Positions 8,363-17,253 of a DNA stretch of 64,000 nt are shown one piece after another. Both the position numbers and the translations under genes were made by a program. Origin of the DNA: Syntrophales bacterium. GTDB lineage: Bacteria; Desulfobacterota; Syntrophia; Syntrophales; PHBD01. Below the pieces are notes generated by a model. The model made no database searches, was not told the DNA's origin, and saw only the letters and a program-made list of their open reading frames with translations. Where the stretch lies: positions 1,632,001-1,696,000 of the forward strand of contig OY764159.1 in the NCBI GenBank assembly GCA_963668175.1, given 5' to 3'. Positions within the stretch are counted from its first letter, which is position 1. Every line of letters starts with the position of its first letter.

Positions 8363-10390
8363 CTACCGGGCGACCGCGATCTGTCGCACTTCTCCATGGA
8401 TATATTCGTACACCGCCTGCTGACGGCACGCCTCCATGCAGGCACCGCAGCCTATGCATCTGTCCGCGATAATGTAATGGGCCTGTTTCCGTTCGCCGAT
8501 GATGGCCTCGTTCGTACATTTTTTGCTGCACAGGGTACACCCGGTGCAGAGGGCCGGGTCGATGGCGAACGTCTTGAGGCCCCGGCAGACGCCGGCGGGA
8601 CAGTAGTTTTCCAGGATGTGGGCCTCGTATTCGTGGCGGAAAAAGCGCAGCGTGCTCAGAACCGGATTGGCCGCCGACTGGCCGAGACCGCACAACGAGG
8701 TCTCTTTGGTCGTCCGTCCCAGCTCTTCGAGGAAGAGCACGCTCTGGAAGCGTTCCAGCCGCTTGAGCTCGTCGCCAACCGGTTTTTCCGTGATGTTGGT
8801 CAGGATTTCGTGCATACGGATGGTTCCTTCCCGGCACGGAACGCATTTGCCGCAGGATTCGTTCCGGATGAACTCCATGAAGAATTTTGCGACGTCCACC
8901 ATGCAGGATCTTTCGTCCATGACGACCATGCCGCCGGAACCCATCATGGCGCCGAGCTGCTGCAGGGGCGCATAGTCGACGCGGACATCCATCTGCTTTT
9001 CGGGGATGCAGCCGCCGCTGGGGCCGCCGATTTGTACGGCCTTGATCTTGTGTCCGGGCAGGGCGCCGCCGCCGATGTCGTAGATGATTTTCTTGAGTTC
9101 GATGCCGATCGGGACCTCCACGAGTCCTGTGTTTTTAATGGCGCCGCTTAAGGCGAAAACTTTGGTCCCGGCACTGGGGCCGCCCGCAATGGCTTTGAAC
9201 CACGCGACGCCCTTGTCGGCGATCACGGGGACGTTGGCCAGCGTCTCCACGTTGTTGAGGACCGTCGGTTTGCCGTGAAGACCGCTGACGGCGGGAAAGG
9301 GCGGACGGTGCCGGGGCATGCCCCTGCCTCCTTCGATGCTGGCGAGAATGGCCGTCTCCTCGCCGCACACGAAAGCGCCGGCGCCCTGTTTGATCCGGAT
9401 ATCGAAAGAGAAAAGACTGTCGAGAATGTTGTGCCCGAGGAGGCCCGCCTGCCGGCACTGGTCGATTGCTTCCCGGAGCCGCACGAGGGCCAGGGGATAT
9501 TCGGCGCGGCAATAGATATAACCCTTGGAAGCGCCGATGGCGTAAGCCGCGATCAGCATACCTTCGAGAACCCGGAAGGGATCGCCTTCAAGGACCGCCC
9601 TGTCCATGAAGGCGCCGGGATCGCCTTCATCCGCGTTGCAGATGATGTATTTCTCGGCGCTGACGGTATCGTGGGCGACCCGCCATTTCTGGCCGGTGGG
9701 GAAGCCGGCGCCGCCGCGGCCGCGCAATCCCGAATCCAGGATGAGATCGCAGACCTCGGAAGGCGTCATTTCGTGCAGGACCTTGCCGGCCGCGCGGAAA
9801 GCGCCATGGGCCAGCGCCGCATCGAGGGTCGAGGGGTCGATGCGGCCGCAGTTATCGAGGACGACCTTGTTCTGGTATTTGAAAAAGGATACACTCTGAA
9901 CCAGAGGGACATCGGCCATGGAGCCGTCGGCATCGTCCCATCTGCCCAGCAGAAAGCGGTTCTTAGGATGGTTCCTGACGAAAACCTCGTCCAGGAGCTC
10001 GTCGATGTTGTCCGGCGTCAGATCGCAGTATGAGAGCCGCGGAGCCGCACCCTTCAGGATATCGACGAAGACTTCGCGCTGGCAGTAGCCGACACAGCCG
10101 ACCTCGACGATGGAGACCGGGATGGACCGATCGGCGAAGAAGGATCGCATCTTGTTCTTGATACGCATGGCGCCGTTTGCCAGTCCGCAGGTTCCGGTGC
10201 CGATGAATACGAGAAGGCCGTCGCCGCCCCTGCGGGCGGAGGCGAGGCGCTGCCGCCTTTCGCTGCGGCAGCTGTCATCCTGGTGGCAGAGGGGGCCTTC
10301 CGAGATACAGGGAATGAGCTGACGGCAGGGAGTGGCGGCTGTATGCGTACATCTGGCGCAGCAGGGTGAAATCAGGTTTATCGGTGTCAT
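8363..10390 (-). CDS. hydB: NADH/FMN-binding hydrogenase beta subunit (NuoF-like) with Cys-rich N-terminal extension
   Basis: GRGGAGFPTG, NADEGDPGAFMDR, GAGAFVCGEETA, GGPSGG, ESCGKCVPCREG, C-terminal 2x[4Fe-4S]. Confidence 0.93.
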   Translation of the reverse strand: MTPINLISPCCARCTHTAATPCRQLIPCISEGPLCHQDDSCRSERRQRLASARRGGDGLLVFIGTGTCGLANGAMRIKNKMRSFFADRSIPVSIVEVGCVGYCQREVFVDILKGAAPRLSYCDLTPDNIDELLDEVFVRNHPKNRFLLGRWDDADGSMADVPLVQSVSFFKYQNKVVLDNCGRIDPSTLDAALAHGAFRAAGKVLHEMTPSEVCDLILDSGLRGRGGAGFPTGQKWRVAHDTVSAEKYIICNADEGDPGAFMDRAVLEGDPFRVLEGMLIAAYAIGASKGYIYCRAEYPLALVRLREAIDQCRQAGLLGHNILDSLFSFDIRIKQGAGAFVCGEETAILASIEGGRGMPRHRPPFPAVSGLHGKPTVLNNVETLANVPVIADKGVAWFKAIAGGPSAGTKVFALSGAIKNTGLVEVPIGIELKKIIYDIGGGALPGHKIKAVQIGGPSGGCIPEKQMDVRVDYAPLQQLGAMMGSGGMVVMDERSCMVDVAKFFMEFIRNESCGKCVPCREGTIRMHEILTNITEKPVGDELKRLERFQSVLFLEELGRTTKETSLCGLGQSAANPVLSTLRFFRHEYEAHILENYCPAGVCRGLKTFAIDPALCTGCTLCSKKCTNEAIIGERKQAHYIIADRCIGCGACMEACRQQAVYEYIHGEVRQIAVAR

Positions 10391-10873
10391 GGTTCTCCTC
10401 CACGTTGATAAGCGTCGTCGGTCGGGTTGTTCGATACGTTGAACGGACCGTTACGTTTCTGAAGCGTCGAATGCTTGCGGCATTCGCCGCCGATTCCGAC
10501 TGCCGGCGTGTGTCTTGTTTTCGACAGGCAATACTCCGTTCGCCACGCCGCCGGTTTCCGCGCCGATGAAAGCAATGAGATCGCCGCCTCTCCTGCGGGC
10601 AGAAACGAGGCGCTGCCTTCTTTCGTCCCGGCAATTATCGTCCCGGTGACAGAGGGGGCCTTCCGAGATGCACGGAATCAAGAGACGGCACGGGGTGGCG
10701 GCTGCGTGCGTACATCGCGTGCAGCAGGGTGAAATCAGGCCTGCCGGTATCATGCTTCGTCTCCGCACTGACCGGCGGCGTCAATCGGACGGTTCAAGGC
10801 GTCGAGCAGGTTGTCGAGTTTCTGCAATGTCAAATGTCCATGGAATTCGCCGTCGATCCTGACGACGGGTGCA
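10148..10873. repeat. Degenerate 363-bp tandem duplication spanning the hydC 3' end / hydB 5' end junction
   Basis: Constant 363-bp offset (starts 10753 vs 10390; stops 10750 vs 10387). Decayed HydC tail PAVGIGGECRKHSTLQK aligns with PVVRIDGEFHGHLTLQK. Boundaries approximate. Confidence 0.85.
10451..10753 (-). CDS. Small Cys-rich protein, duplicate of the HydB N-terminus (100 aa)
   Basis: MIPAGLISPCCTRCTHAAATPCRLLIPCISEGPLCHRDDNC aligns with the HydB N-terminus; ATG overlaps the hydC stop (ATGA). Confidence 0.65.
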   Translation of the reverse strand: MIPAGLISPCCTRCTHAAATPCRLLIPCISEGPLCHRDDNCRDERRQRLVSARRRGGDLIAFIGAETGGVANGVLPVENKTHAGSRNRRRMPQAFDASET

Positions 10874-11238
10874 ATCGAACAGGCGCCGAGGCAGGCCACG
10901 GTGACGACGGAAAACTTTCCGTCGGCTGAATTACCCGTGGGGCTCAATTGCAGACGCCGTTTAAGATGCTCGAAGATGGCAAAGCTGCCCTTGACATGGC
11001 AGGCCGTGCCGCGGCATATTTCGACGACATGTTCGCCGAGAGGCGCAAAACGAAACTGCTTATAAAAGGTCGCAACGCCGTAGACCCTGCTGACGGGTAT
11101 GTCGAATTTGAAAGACAGCTCCTCCATGGCCTCGGTAGAAAGATATCCGTTTTCCGCCTGCACGTCCTGCAGAACCGGGATCAGGCTGTCCGGAGAAAGC
11201 GCTCCGTGTTCAGCGAGAACGTCTTCAATTGAACGCAT
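10750..11238 (-). CDS. hydC: [2Fe-2S] hydrogenase gamma subunit (NuoE-like)
   Basis: LIPVLQDVQ, GVATFY, CRGTAC...CLGAC thioredoxin-like [2Fe-2S] motif; start taken at MRSIEDV. Confidence 0.92.
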   Translation of the reverse strand: MRSIEDVLAEHGALSPDSLIPVLQDVQAENGYLSTEAMEELSFKFDIPVSRVYGVATFYKQFRFAPLGEHVVEICRGTACHVKGSFAIFEHLKRRLQLSPTGNSADGKFSVVTVACLGACSIAPVVRIDGEFHGHLTLQKLDNLLDALNRPIDAAGQCGDEA

Positions 11239-11692
11239 AGCGATTCTCCTGCTGCGCTTCCACATCGGTCTGTGCGGTTCTGCCCCTGGCCGCAAGAATT
11301 GCGCTGATCTTCTCGGCAAGCACCTTGAGCTCGATCGGTTTTTCCAGATATTCGTCCGCCGGCCAGTCCTGCCCGAGGACAAACTGGAAATTGTCCATTT
11401 TCTCCTGCAGGTGCTGTGAAAATCCCGAAACGATGATGATGGGAATCTTTTGCGTGGCGTTGTTTTGGCGCAGTTTGTACGCAAGGTTGAAACCCTCTGC
11501 GTCATAGTCCATCATGATGTCGAGGACGATCAGGTCGGTATTGCCACGGGCGATCTTTTCCCATCCCTCCGCGCCGTTGCCGGCCGTCTCGACGGAATAG
11601 CCCCGTCTCTCCAGGAAAATCTTCGTGCATTGGACAAAATCTTTGTCGTCGTCGATGAGTAGAATGTTACCTTTTGCCGTCTCCATGGTCAT
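11225..11692 (-). CDS. Single-domain response regulator
   Basis: ILLIDDD...DIMMD...LEKP; no output domain. Confidence 0.88.
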   Translation of the reverse strand: MTMETAKGNILLIDDDKDFVQCTKIFLERRGYSVETAGNGAEGWEKIARGNTDLIVLDIMMDYDAEGFNLAYKLRQNNATQKIPIIIVSGFSQHLQEKMDNFQFVLGQDWPADEYLEKPIELKVLAEKISAILAARGRTAQTDVEAQQENRYAFN

Positions 11693-11743
11693 TCCTCCTT
11701 CTGCTGGTTTACAACTTAACTACATTACATGTTATCGTTTACA

Positions 11744-11761
11744 CAGTGAAATATTTCACAA
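11744..11761. promoter_or_regulatory. Rex operator upstream of the hydrogenase operon
   Basis: CAGTGAAATATTTCACAA (reverse TTGTGAAATATTTCACTG) matches Rex consensus TTGTGAA-N4-TTCACAA with two mismatches; next to rex. Confidence 0.75.
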
Positions 11762-11787
11762 TACATTCCGACAAAAAGCGCATCACC

Positions 11788-12441
11788 CTAAAATCCTCCA
11801 AAATGGTAAAGAAACGAAAGCTTCTCCATCTTGGCGGAAATATCTATATTTTCAGTATATACGCCTTTCAGCTCAGGCAGCTGCTTCGGCACGAAATTCA
11901 GGATACCGCGAACCCCCGCCTTGCTGAGACGATGGGCCAGACCGATGAGCGACTCCGGACCGCAGGCCAGAACGGCGATCGTCACATTAAACTCGGGCAG
12001 AACCTGCTCGAGTTCCTGCTCATGGTAACAGCGCCTGCCCGCCAGGACCCGTCCGACCTTATCGGGATCGACATCGAACACGACGGCAATGCGGAAACCG
12101 CGCTCTTCAAAACCCCGGTAGTACAGCAATGCCCGGCCGAGGTTGCCGGCGCCGAAGAGGGCCACGTTCTGCAGGGTGTCGGTGCCCAGAAGCTTGCTGA
12201 TCGTGAGGATCATGGCGTGAACGGGATAGCCCTTCGATATATTGCCGAACGACCCGAAGGTCGCCAGGTCCCTGCGAAGCTGCGCGGAGCCGACGTGGAC
12301 CAATTCGGCCAGCTGGTGAGAGTAGACATATTCGACGCCGTTTCGGTGAAGTTCTTCGAGGACCTTCCTATATACGCTCAGACGTTCAACCGTCTGGAGG
12401 GAAATTCTTTTGCCAGTATTTTCTATTGCCTTGCTTTTCAT
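11788..12441 (-). CDS. rex: Redox-sensing transcriptional repressor Rex
   Basis: RLSVYRK, QLRRDLATFG, GY wing, GAGNLGRAL Rossmann motif, GILNFVP. Confidence 0.95.
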   Translation of the reverse strand: MKSKAIENTGKRISLQTVERLSVYRKVLEELHRNGVEYVYSHQLAELVHVGSAQLRRDLATFGSFGNISKGYPVHAMILTISKLLGTDTLQNVALFGAGNLGRALLYYRGFEERGFRIAVVFDVDPDKVGRVLAGRRCYHEQELEQVLPEFNVTIAVLACGPESLIGLAHRLSKAGVRGILNFVPKQLPELKGVYTENIDISAKMEKLSFLYHFGGF

Positions 12442-12475
12442 GTTCTTGCCCGTGTTTTTGAACTCGTTATGTTGG

Positions 12476-12493
12476 CTGTTATTATATTCACAG
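12476..12493. promoter_or_regulatory. Possible second Rex operator (rex autoregulation)
   Basis: CTGTTATTATATTCACAG, imperfect 18-bp Rex-like palindrome 35 bp upstream of the rex start. Confidence 0.5.
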
Positions 12494-12697
12494 CTCAGTT
12501 TCTGTCAACAAAAAAATTGAATTTAACTGAAGAAATTTGTGTTCAATAGCATAAACAAGTACTTAGGATATGTTTGGCCGCCGTGGAGCGGAAAGGAACG
12601 TCCGGGGGATGTTTGTGAACGGATGATCAGCTCCTCGGTAAAGGGATGTTCTGTGTCAATGAGGGAATGGCGCGCGGTATCGGCGCATATGCCTTGA

Positions 12698-13681
12698 TTA
12701 CGTTGCCGGTCTGTTCCGGCGCGGGTTCAGGGGGGTATTGGCGGCGTAAAGCGGCGCTTCGCCCCGGGCGTAGCGGGTGATGTTTTCGGCGCAGCCCTTT
12801 GCGGTACCGTCGTAGGAAACGTCCGTCACGCCGGCGATGTGAGGTGTCGCGACGACGTTTTGCCGGAGAAGGGGATGGTGCGGGTCGACGGGTTCCTCCG
12901 CGAAGACGTCGAGGCCTGCTCCCGCCAGCCGGCCGTTCTGAAGCGCTGCGAGGAGCGCTTCATGGTCGACGAGGCCGCCGCGGGCGACGTTGATCAGGAA
13001 GGCCCCGGGCTTGGCTGCGGCCAGGACCGTCTTGCCGATCAGGTGGCGGAGCCCGGCGTGGTAATTGATACAGACGGCGATGTAATCCGCCCCGGCGACG
13101 GCCAGCGGCAAGTCCTCCAGGGTATGGATCGCATCGATCCTGACGCCGTCGGGCATCGACCTGTGAGCATGATCGTCCGCCACGATGAGCCGCATGCCGC
13201 AAGCGCCGAGGCGGACGGCGAGGGCCGTTCCGATATTGCCCATGCCCACGATGCAGGCCGTTTTGCCGAGCAGCGCCGCTCCCAGCGGGACGCCGACGCT
13301 GCGGCTCGCCAGGGCCTGCGCGCAATCCGCCATTTTACGCGAGAGGGTGAGCATGAGGAGCATGGCGTGTTCTGCTACGGAGGCGGCATTGCCGGACACG
13401 GAACCGGGAACGCGCGCGACCCAGACTCCGGACCGGGTGGCCGCTTCGATATCCACGGTATCGAGGCCGACGCCGAACTGCTGGATCAGGCCGAAGTTTC
13501 CTCGTTCGATCAGCGCCGCGTCAATGCGGGCGATGGCCGGGATGACGACGTCGACGCCGTCCAGACTGCGGGCGATGTCCGTCTCGGCACAAACGATGAA
13601 TTCATGGCCCGACTCGGACAAGCGGGTTGCGAGTCTTTGCCTGGCTTCCGGAAATGTCTCTCCGCAATAGAGGACTTTCAT
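12698..13681 (-). CDS. D-isomer-specific 2-hydroxyacid dehydrogenase
   Basis: VGMGNIG, INVARG, GAGLDVFAEEP, TPHIAG; start at MKVLYCG behind AAAGGA. Confidence 0.9.
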   Translation of the reverse strand: MKVLYCGETFPEARQRLATRLSESGHEFIVCAETDIARSLDGVDVVIPAIARIDAALIERGNFGLIQQFGVGLDTVDIEAATRSGVWVARVPGSVSGNAASVAEHAMLLMLTLSRKMADCAQALASRSVGVPLGAALLGKTACIVGMGNIGTALAVRLGACGMRLIVADDHAHRSMPDGVRIDAIHTLEDLPLAVAGADYIAVCINYHAGLRHLIGKTVLAAAKPGAFLINVARGGLVDHEALLAALQNGRLAGAGLDVFAEEPVDPHHPLLRQNVVATPHIAGVTDVSYDGTAKGCAENITRYARGEAPLYAANTPLNPRRNRPAT

Positions 13682-13782
13682 AAACGGGGTCCTTTGTCGA
13701 TGCTGAAGCAATAGGCGGTACAACCTGGGCGCACGTTCCGGCGCCTGTGCTGCGAACCGCCGTTGCGGCCTGCTGCGCATCC

Positions 13783-14502
13783 TTACATTTTTCTGTAGAT
13801 CCGCTCGGGCACGATCTTGAGGAACCAGGCAATCAGACGCCAGCGCTTCGTGATATAGGCGACAGCTTCCTTTCTTTTGATCGCGGCAAAAATCTGCCGG
13901 GCCGCCTTCTCCGGCGGGGCGATCCAGAAGAGGCCTTCCCCTTTGGACATGGCCGTCTTGACGAATCCCGGCTTAATGTCGGTGACGGTGATGGGCAGCT
14001 TGAGCCTTGCCGTTTTCTGCCTCAAGCCTTCCAGGTAGTTGGAGTCGAAGGCCTTCGACGCGTTGTAGGCGGGGGATATTCTCCCGCCGCGGAGTGCCGC
14101 AATCGACGAGACGCCGACCAGGTGCCCCGAGCCTTTCTTTATAAAATGGTGGATTGCGACATTCGCCAGGGCGGCGAAACCCTCGACATTGATCCTGATG
14201 ATGTCGCTCTCCATGCGCCATTCGAGGTTGCGGTTCAATTCCCCCGTACCGGCGCTGATCACGATAAGATCGACGCCGCCCATCTCTTCGATGAAGTCCG
14301 TGAGCGACGCCATCGCCGGTGCCGCCTCCGCGACATCAATGGCTTTGACACGGACACTTTCTCCCAGATCGGTCCGCAGTTCCTTTAAAAGGTCCATCCG
14401 CCGGGCCATGACGCCGACCGTATATCCGTCGCCGGATAGAAGCTTCGCCAGTTCCCTTCCCATCCCGGAACTGGCGCCGATCACTATGGCTTTTTGGGTC
14501 AT
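13783..14502 (-). CDS. Short-chain dehydrogenase/reductase
   Basis: IGASSGMG, catalytic YNASK, PGFVKT. Confidence 0.9.
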   Translation of the reverse strand: MTQKAIVIGASSGMGRELAKLLSGDGYTVGVMARRMDLLKELRTDLGESVRVKAIDVAEAAPAMASLTDFIEEMGGVDLIVISAGTGELNRNLEWRMESDIIRINVEGFAALANVAIHHFIKKGSGHLVGVSSIAALRGGRISPAYNASKAFDSNYLEGLRQKTARLKLPITVTDIKPGFVKTAMSKGEGLFWIAPPEKAARQIFAAIKRKEAVAYITKRWRLIAWFLKIVPERIYRKM

Positions 14503-14532
14503 ATGCGTTTCCTGTCGAAATGTAATGACATT

Positions 14533-14841
14533 CTACCAGCCGTCCTTCATATCGCCGGCTCCTTCGACGAACAATAGCCGGCGGTCGAGAGCCGCGTTTC
14601 GGTATTTGAGCGCCTCCGCATACTCGGGCGAGGCGTACCATTCATGGATCTTCTGCAGGGAGGGAAACTCGACGACGACGAACCGCCGTACCGTTGCCTC
14701 TCCCTCGACGACTTCGGCCTCGGCGGCCCGCACCAGGTAGCGGCCCCCGTAGACGGCGATCGATTCAGCGGCGATCCGCCGGTATTGATCGGCCGCCGCT
14801 TCGTTTAATATCTCAACCTCCGAAATGACATATGCAGGCAT
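14533..14841 (-). CDS. DUF1330 family protein
   Basis: YGGRYLVR...VVEFPS...WYASPEY pattern. Confidence 0.85.
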   Translation of the reverse strand: MPAYVISEVEILNEAAADQYRRIAAESIAVYGGRYLVRAAEAEVVEGEATVRRFVVVEFPSLQKIHEWYASPEYAEALKYRNAALDRRLLFVEGAGDMKDGW

Positions 14842-14859
14842 ACGCGCCGTCGGGCCCTC

Positions 14860-15174
14860 CTATTTCGGCGTTCTCTTTTTCAGTTTTTTGAAGGCGTCTT
14901 CGACCATTTTCAACCGGTTTTCGACTTTCCTGACGGCGCTTTCCAGGGTGAATCCTTCTTCCAGCAACTCCTTGATGAGCAGCATCTTCTTAATGGTCTT
15001 GTAATCGAACCGTCTGGTCGTCGTCTTTCCCATGACGGATGCGATATAGCCCTTCGCCTCCCAGTACCGGATCTGCCGCTGGGGGATGTCCGTGATCTCG
15101 GAAACCTCGCCGATGCCGACGATCAGCTTGCTCAAAAAGTCCGTATCGCTCTGAAAGTCTTTCTTATCGTCCAT
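14860..15174 (-). CDS. MerR-family HTH transcriptional regulator
   Basis: IGEVSEITDIPQRQIRYWE motif; divergent from an MFS gene. Confidence 0.85.
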   Translation of the reverse strand: MDDKKDFQSDTDFLSKLIVGIGEVSEITDIPQRQIRYWEAKGYIASVMGKTTTRRFDYKTIKKMLLIKELLEEGFTLESAVRKVENRLKMVEDAFKKLKKRTPK

Positions 15175-15225
15175 TATTTTATTATGGACGTCCCGGCTGC
15201 CGTTGTCAATTAGATATTTATCGTG

Positions 15226-15259
15226 TTGACAAATTAAAATAATTGTAATTTAATTACAA
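15226..15259 (+). promoter_or_regulatory. Sigma70-like promoter with overlapping palindromic operator
   Basis: TTGACA (15226), 17 bp, TTTAAT; palindrome TTGTAATT-T-AATTACAA at 15243-15259. Confidence 0.5.
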
Positions 15260-15308
15260 ACAATGAAACTAAAATACTGAAGGAGGTAAGCGGCTCGGCC
15301 GCGATACG

Positions 15309-16526
15309 ATGACAGAAGGAATCGCAGTGGAAGGCGGAAAAACAGAAGAGACGATGAACAGGGACCGGCAGCAGATACTGGCGGCACCGCTGGTGCTGCT
15401 CCTGGCGACGGCCACGGGCCTTGCCGTCGCCAGCATTTACTACGCGCAGCCCCTTCTGGAAGAGATGCGCGCGGCCCTCGGGATGACCGTGGCCTATGCA
15501 GGTCTGATTGTTACGGCCTCCCAGCTCGGTTATGCCGCGGGCCTTGTCCTGCTTGTGCCGCTGGGCGATCTCCTCGAACGCCGGAATCTGGTCTCCGTTA
15601 TGGCCATCGGCATCGCGGCGGGACTTGCGGTCATCGGTTTTGCCCCCAATGCGCCGGTCCTGCTTGCCGCGTCGGCAGCCTTGGGGGCGATGTCCGTCGT
15701 GGCCCAGATTCTCGTCGCTTTTTCGGCTGACCTTGCCGGGGCGGAAGAGCGCGGCCGAGTGGTGGGGACCGTCATGAGCGGCCTTCTCCTGGGTGTGCTC
15801 CTGGCGCGGACCGTGGCCGGAGTGCTCGCCCATGCGGCGGGCTGGCGCGTCGTCTTCTGGCTGGCGGCCGCCGTCATGCTCTCCATTGCCGTCGCCATGT
15901 ACCGGGGGCTGCCGCTTCGCGCGCCCTCGGCGAAGTCGGGCTATTTCGACCTCCTGCGATCGATCCTGCAACTTTTCAGGGAAGAGCCGGTGCTGCGCCT
16001 GAGGGCCGTTTACGGCGCCTTCGCATTTGCCACATTCAGCGTGCTCTGGACGCCGCTTGCGTTTCTGCTCTCCAAACCGCCGTTCGCTTACCCGCCCGGC
16101 GTCATCGGCCTTTTCGGCCTCGCCGGCATTGCCGGCGCCGGCGCTGCGTCGGCGGCCGGCCGCCTCGCCGACCGCGGCCTGTCGGGGTTTACAACGACAG
16201 CAGCCATGGCGATCATCTTCGTTTCGTGGATACCGGTCTGGCTGGGGCGAGAGAATGTCTGGTTTTTGATAGCCGGGATCGTCTTTCTCGACTTCGGCGT
16301 CCAGGCCCTCCACATCACCAACCAAAGCGAGATCTATCGCCTGCGCCCGGAGGCGCGGAGCCGCCTGACGTCCTCGTATATGTCGTCGTTTTTCGCGGGC
16401 GGCGTTGTCGGCTCGTCGCTCGCGTCCGTGGTCTATGCGGAAGCGGGATGGACGGGGGTCTGTATCCTGGGGGCGGTCCTCGGATGCGCGGCCCTGGTCA
16501 TCCGGACTGTGAAGCAAAAAGGCTGA
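15309..16526 (+). CDS. MFS transporter
   Basis: About 12 hydrophobic segments; YYAQPLL, PLGDLLERR, GRLADRG motifs. Confidence 0.9.
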   Translation: MTEGIAVEGGKTEETMNRDRQQILAAPLVLLLATATGLAVASIYYAQPLLEEMRAALGMTVAYAGLIVTASQLGYAAGLVLLVPLGDLLERRNLVSVMAIGIAAGLAVIGFAPNAPVLLAASAALGAMSVVAQILVAFSADLAGAEERGRVVGTVMSGLLLGVLLARTVAGVLAHAAGWRVVFWLAAAVMLSIAVAMYRGLPLRAPSAKSGYFDLLRSILQLFREEPVLRLRAVYGAFAFATFSVLWTPLAFLLSKPPFAYPPGVIGLFGLAGIAGAGAASAAGRLADRGLSGFTTTAAMAIIFVSWIPVWLGRENVWFLIAGIVFLDFGVQALHITNQSEIYRLRPEARSRLTSSYMSSFFAGGVVGSSLASVVYAEAGWTGVCILGAVLGCAALVIRTVKQKG

Positions 16527-16557
16527 ATGAACGCTCGGATGCGGCGGATGGGGCAGG

Positions 16558-17253
16558 CTATTGTATCTGACGGCCTTCGATGAATTGCTGCTCCTGATCC
16601 TTGTTGAAACTGCCGTGGTATTTGCCGTAGGGCAGAGGGCCGAGAGCCCTGCGGTTCGCGTTTCTGGCATGGGGCACATAGTCCGCCGCCGCCGAGTTGA
16701 CGGCGGTGACGATCGCCTTGGCGATCAGGCCGGCCACGCCGCCGCCCGTATTGCCCCCGGAGAGATCGACCACGACATGGCCCCTTCTCTTCCAGAGGAC
16801 CCGGTCGGTCTTGGTCGATTTGAGCTCAAAGTCGATGGTGACCGTGAGGCTGGCCGCCAGAACAAGGTAGGACAGGTCCCACCGCTTGATCGTGGTAAAC
16901 ATGACGGCGTCGGCTCCGAAATATTCGCGGAATTTGACGAGGGGCGTGTTTCTCAGAAGCTCCGTGTCGTAGATGCCCTCCATCTTCAAAAGCTCGGAAG
17001 TCACTTCATAGGGGAGAACATAATAGCCGTAGTATGAAAACGGTTCGGTGATCGTCGTCGCGTAGTATTCCTTGGCATCGGCGGCCGTCGATTCGTTGAT
17101 GGGCGGAAGGATCAAAATGGCGACCGGGGCCTCTTCGTACATCAGCGGATAGGCCTTGCTCTTGCTGACCGTCTTCGGCGCGCAGCCGGCAAAGAAAAGA
17201 AACGCGGCGCCCAGAACGACAATCGCCATGGTCCTGCCGAGCGTCTTATTCAT
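16558..17253 (-). CDS. DUF799/GNA1162-family lipoprotein
   Basis: Lipobox FAGC; ILILPPINES; GYYVLP; FGADAV; C-terminal LPYGKYH. Confidence 0.8.
   Translation of the reverse strand: MNKTLGRTMAIVVLGAAFLFFAGCAPKTVSKSKAYPLMYEEAPVAILILPPINESTAADAKEYYATTITEPFSYYGYYVLPYEVTSELLKMEGIYDTELLRNTPLVKFREYFGADAVMFTTIKRWDLSYLVLAASLTVTIDFELKSTKTDRVLWKRRGHVVVDLSGGNTGGGVAGLIAKAIVTAVNSAAADYVPHARNANRRALGPLPYGKYHGSFNKDQEQQFIEGRQIQ

Noticed and set aside
10387..10575. 62-aa ORF resembling the HydC C-terminus
   Set aside because: Decayed half of the tandem duplication; lacks the [2Fe-2S] cysteines; treated as part of the repeat.
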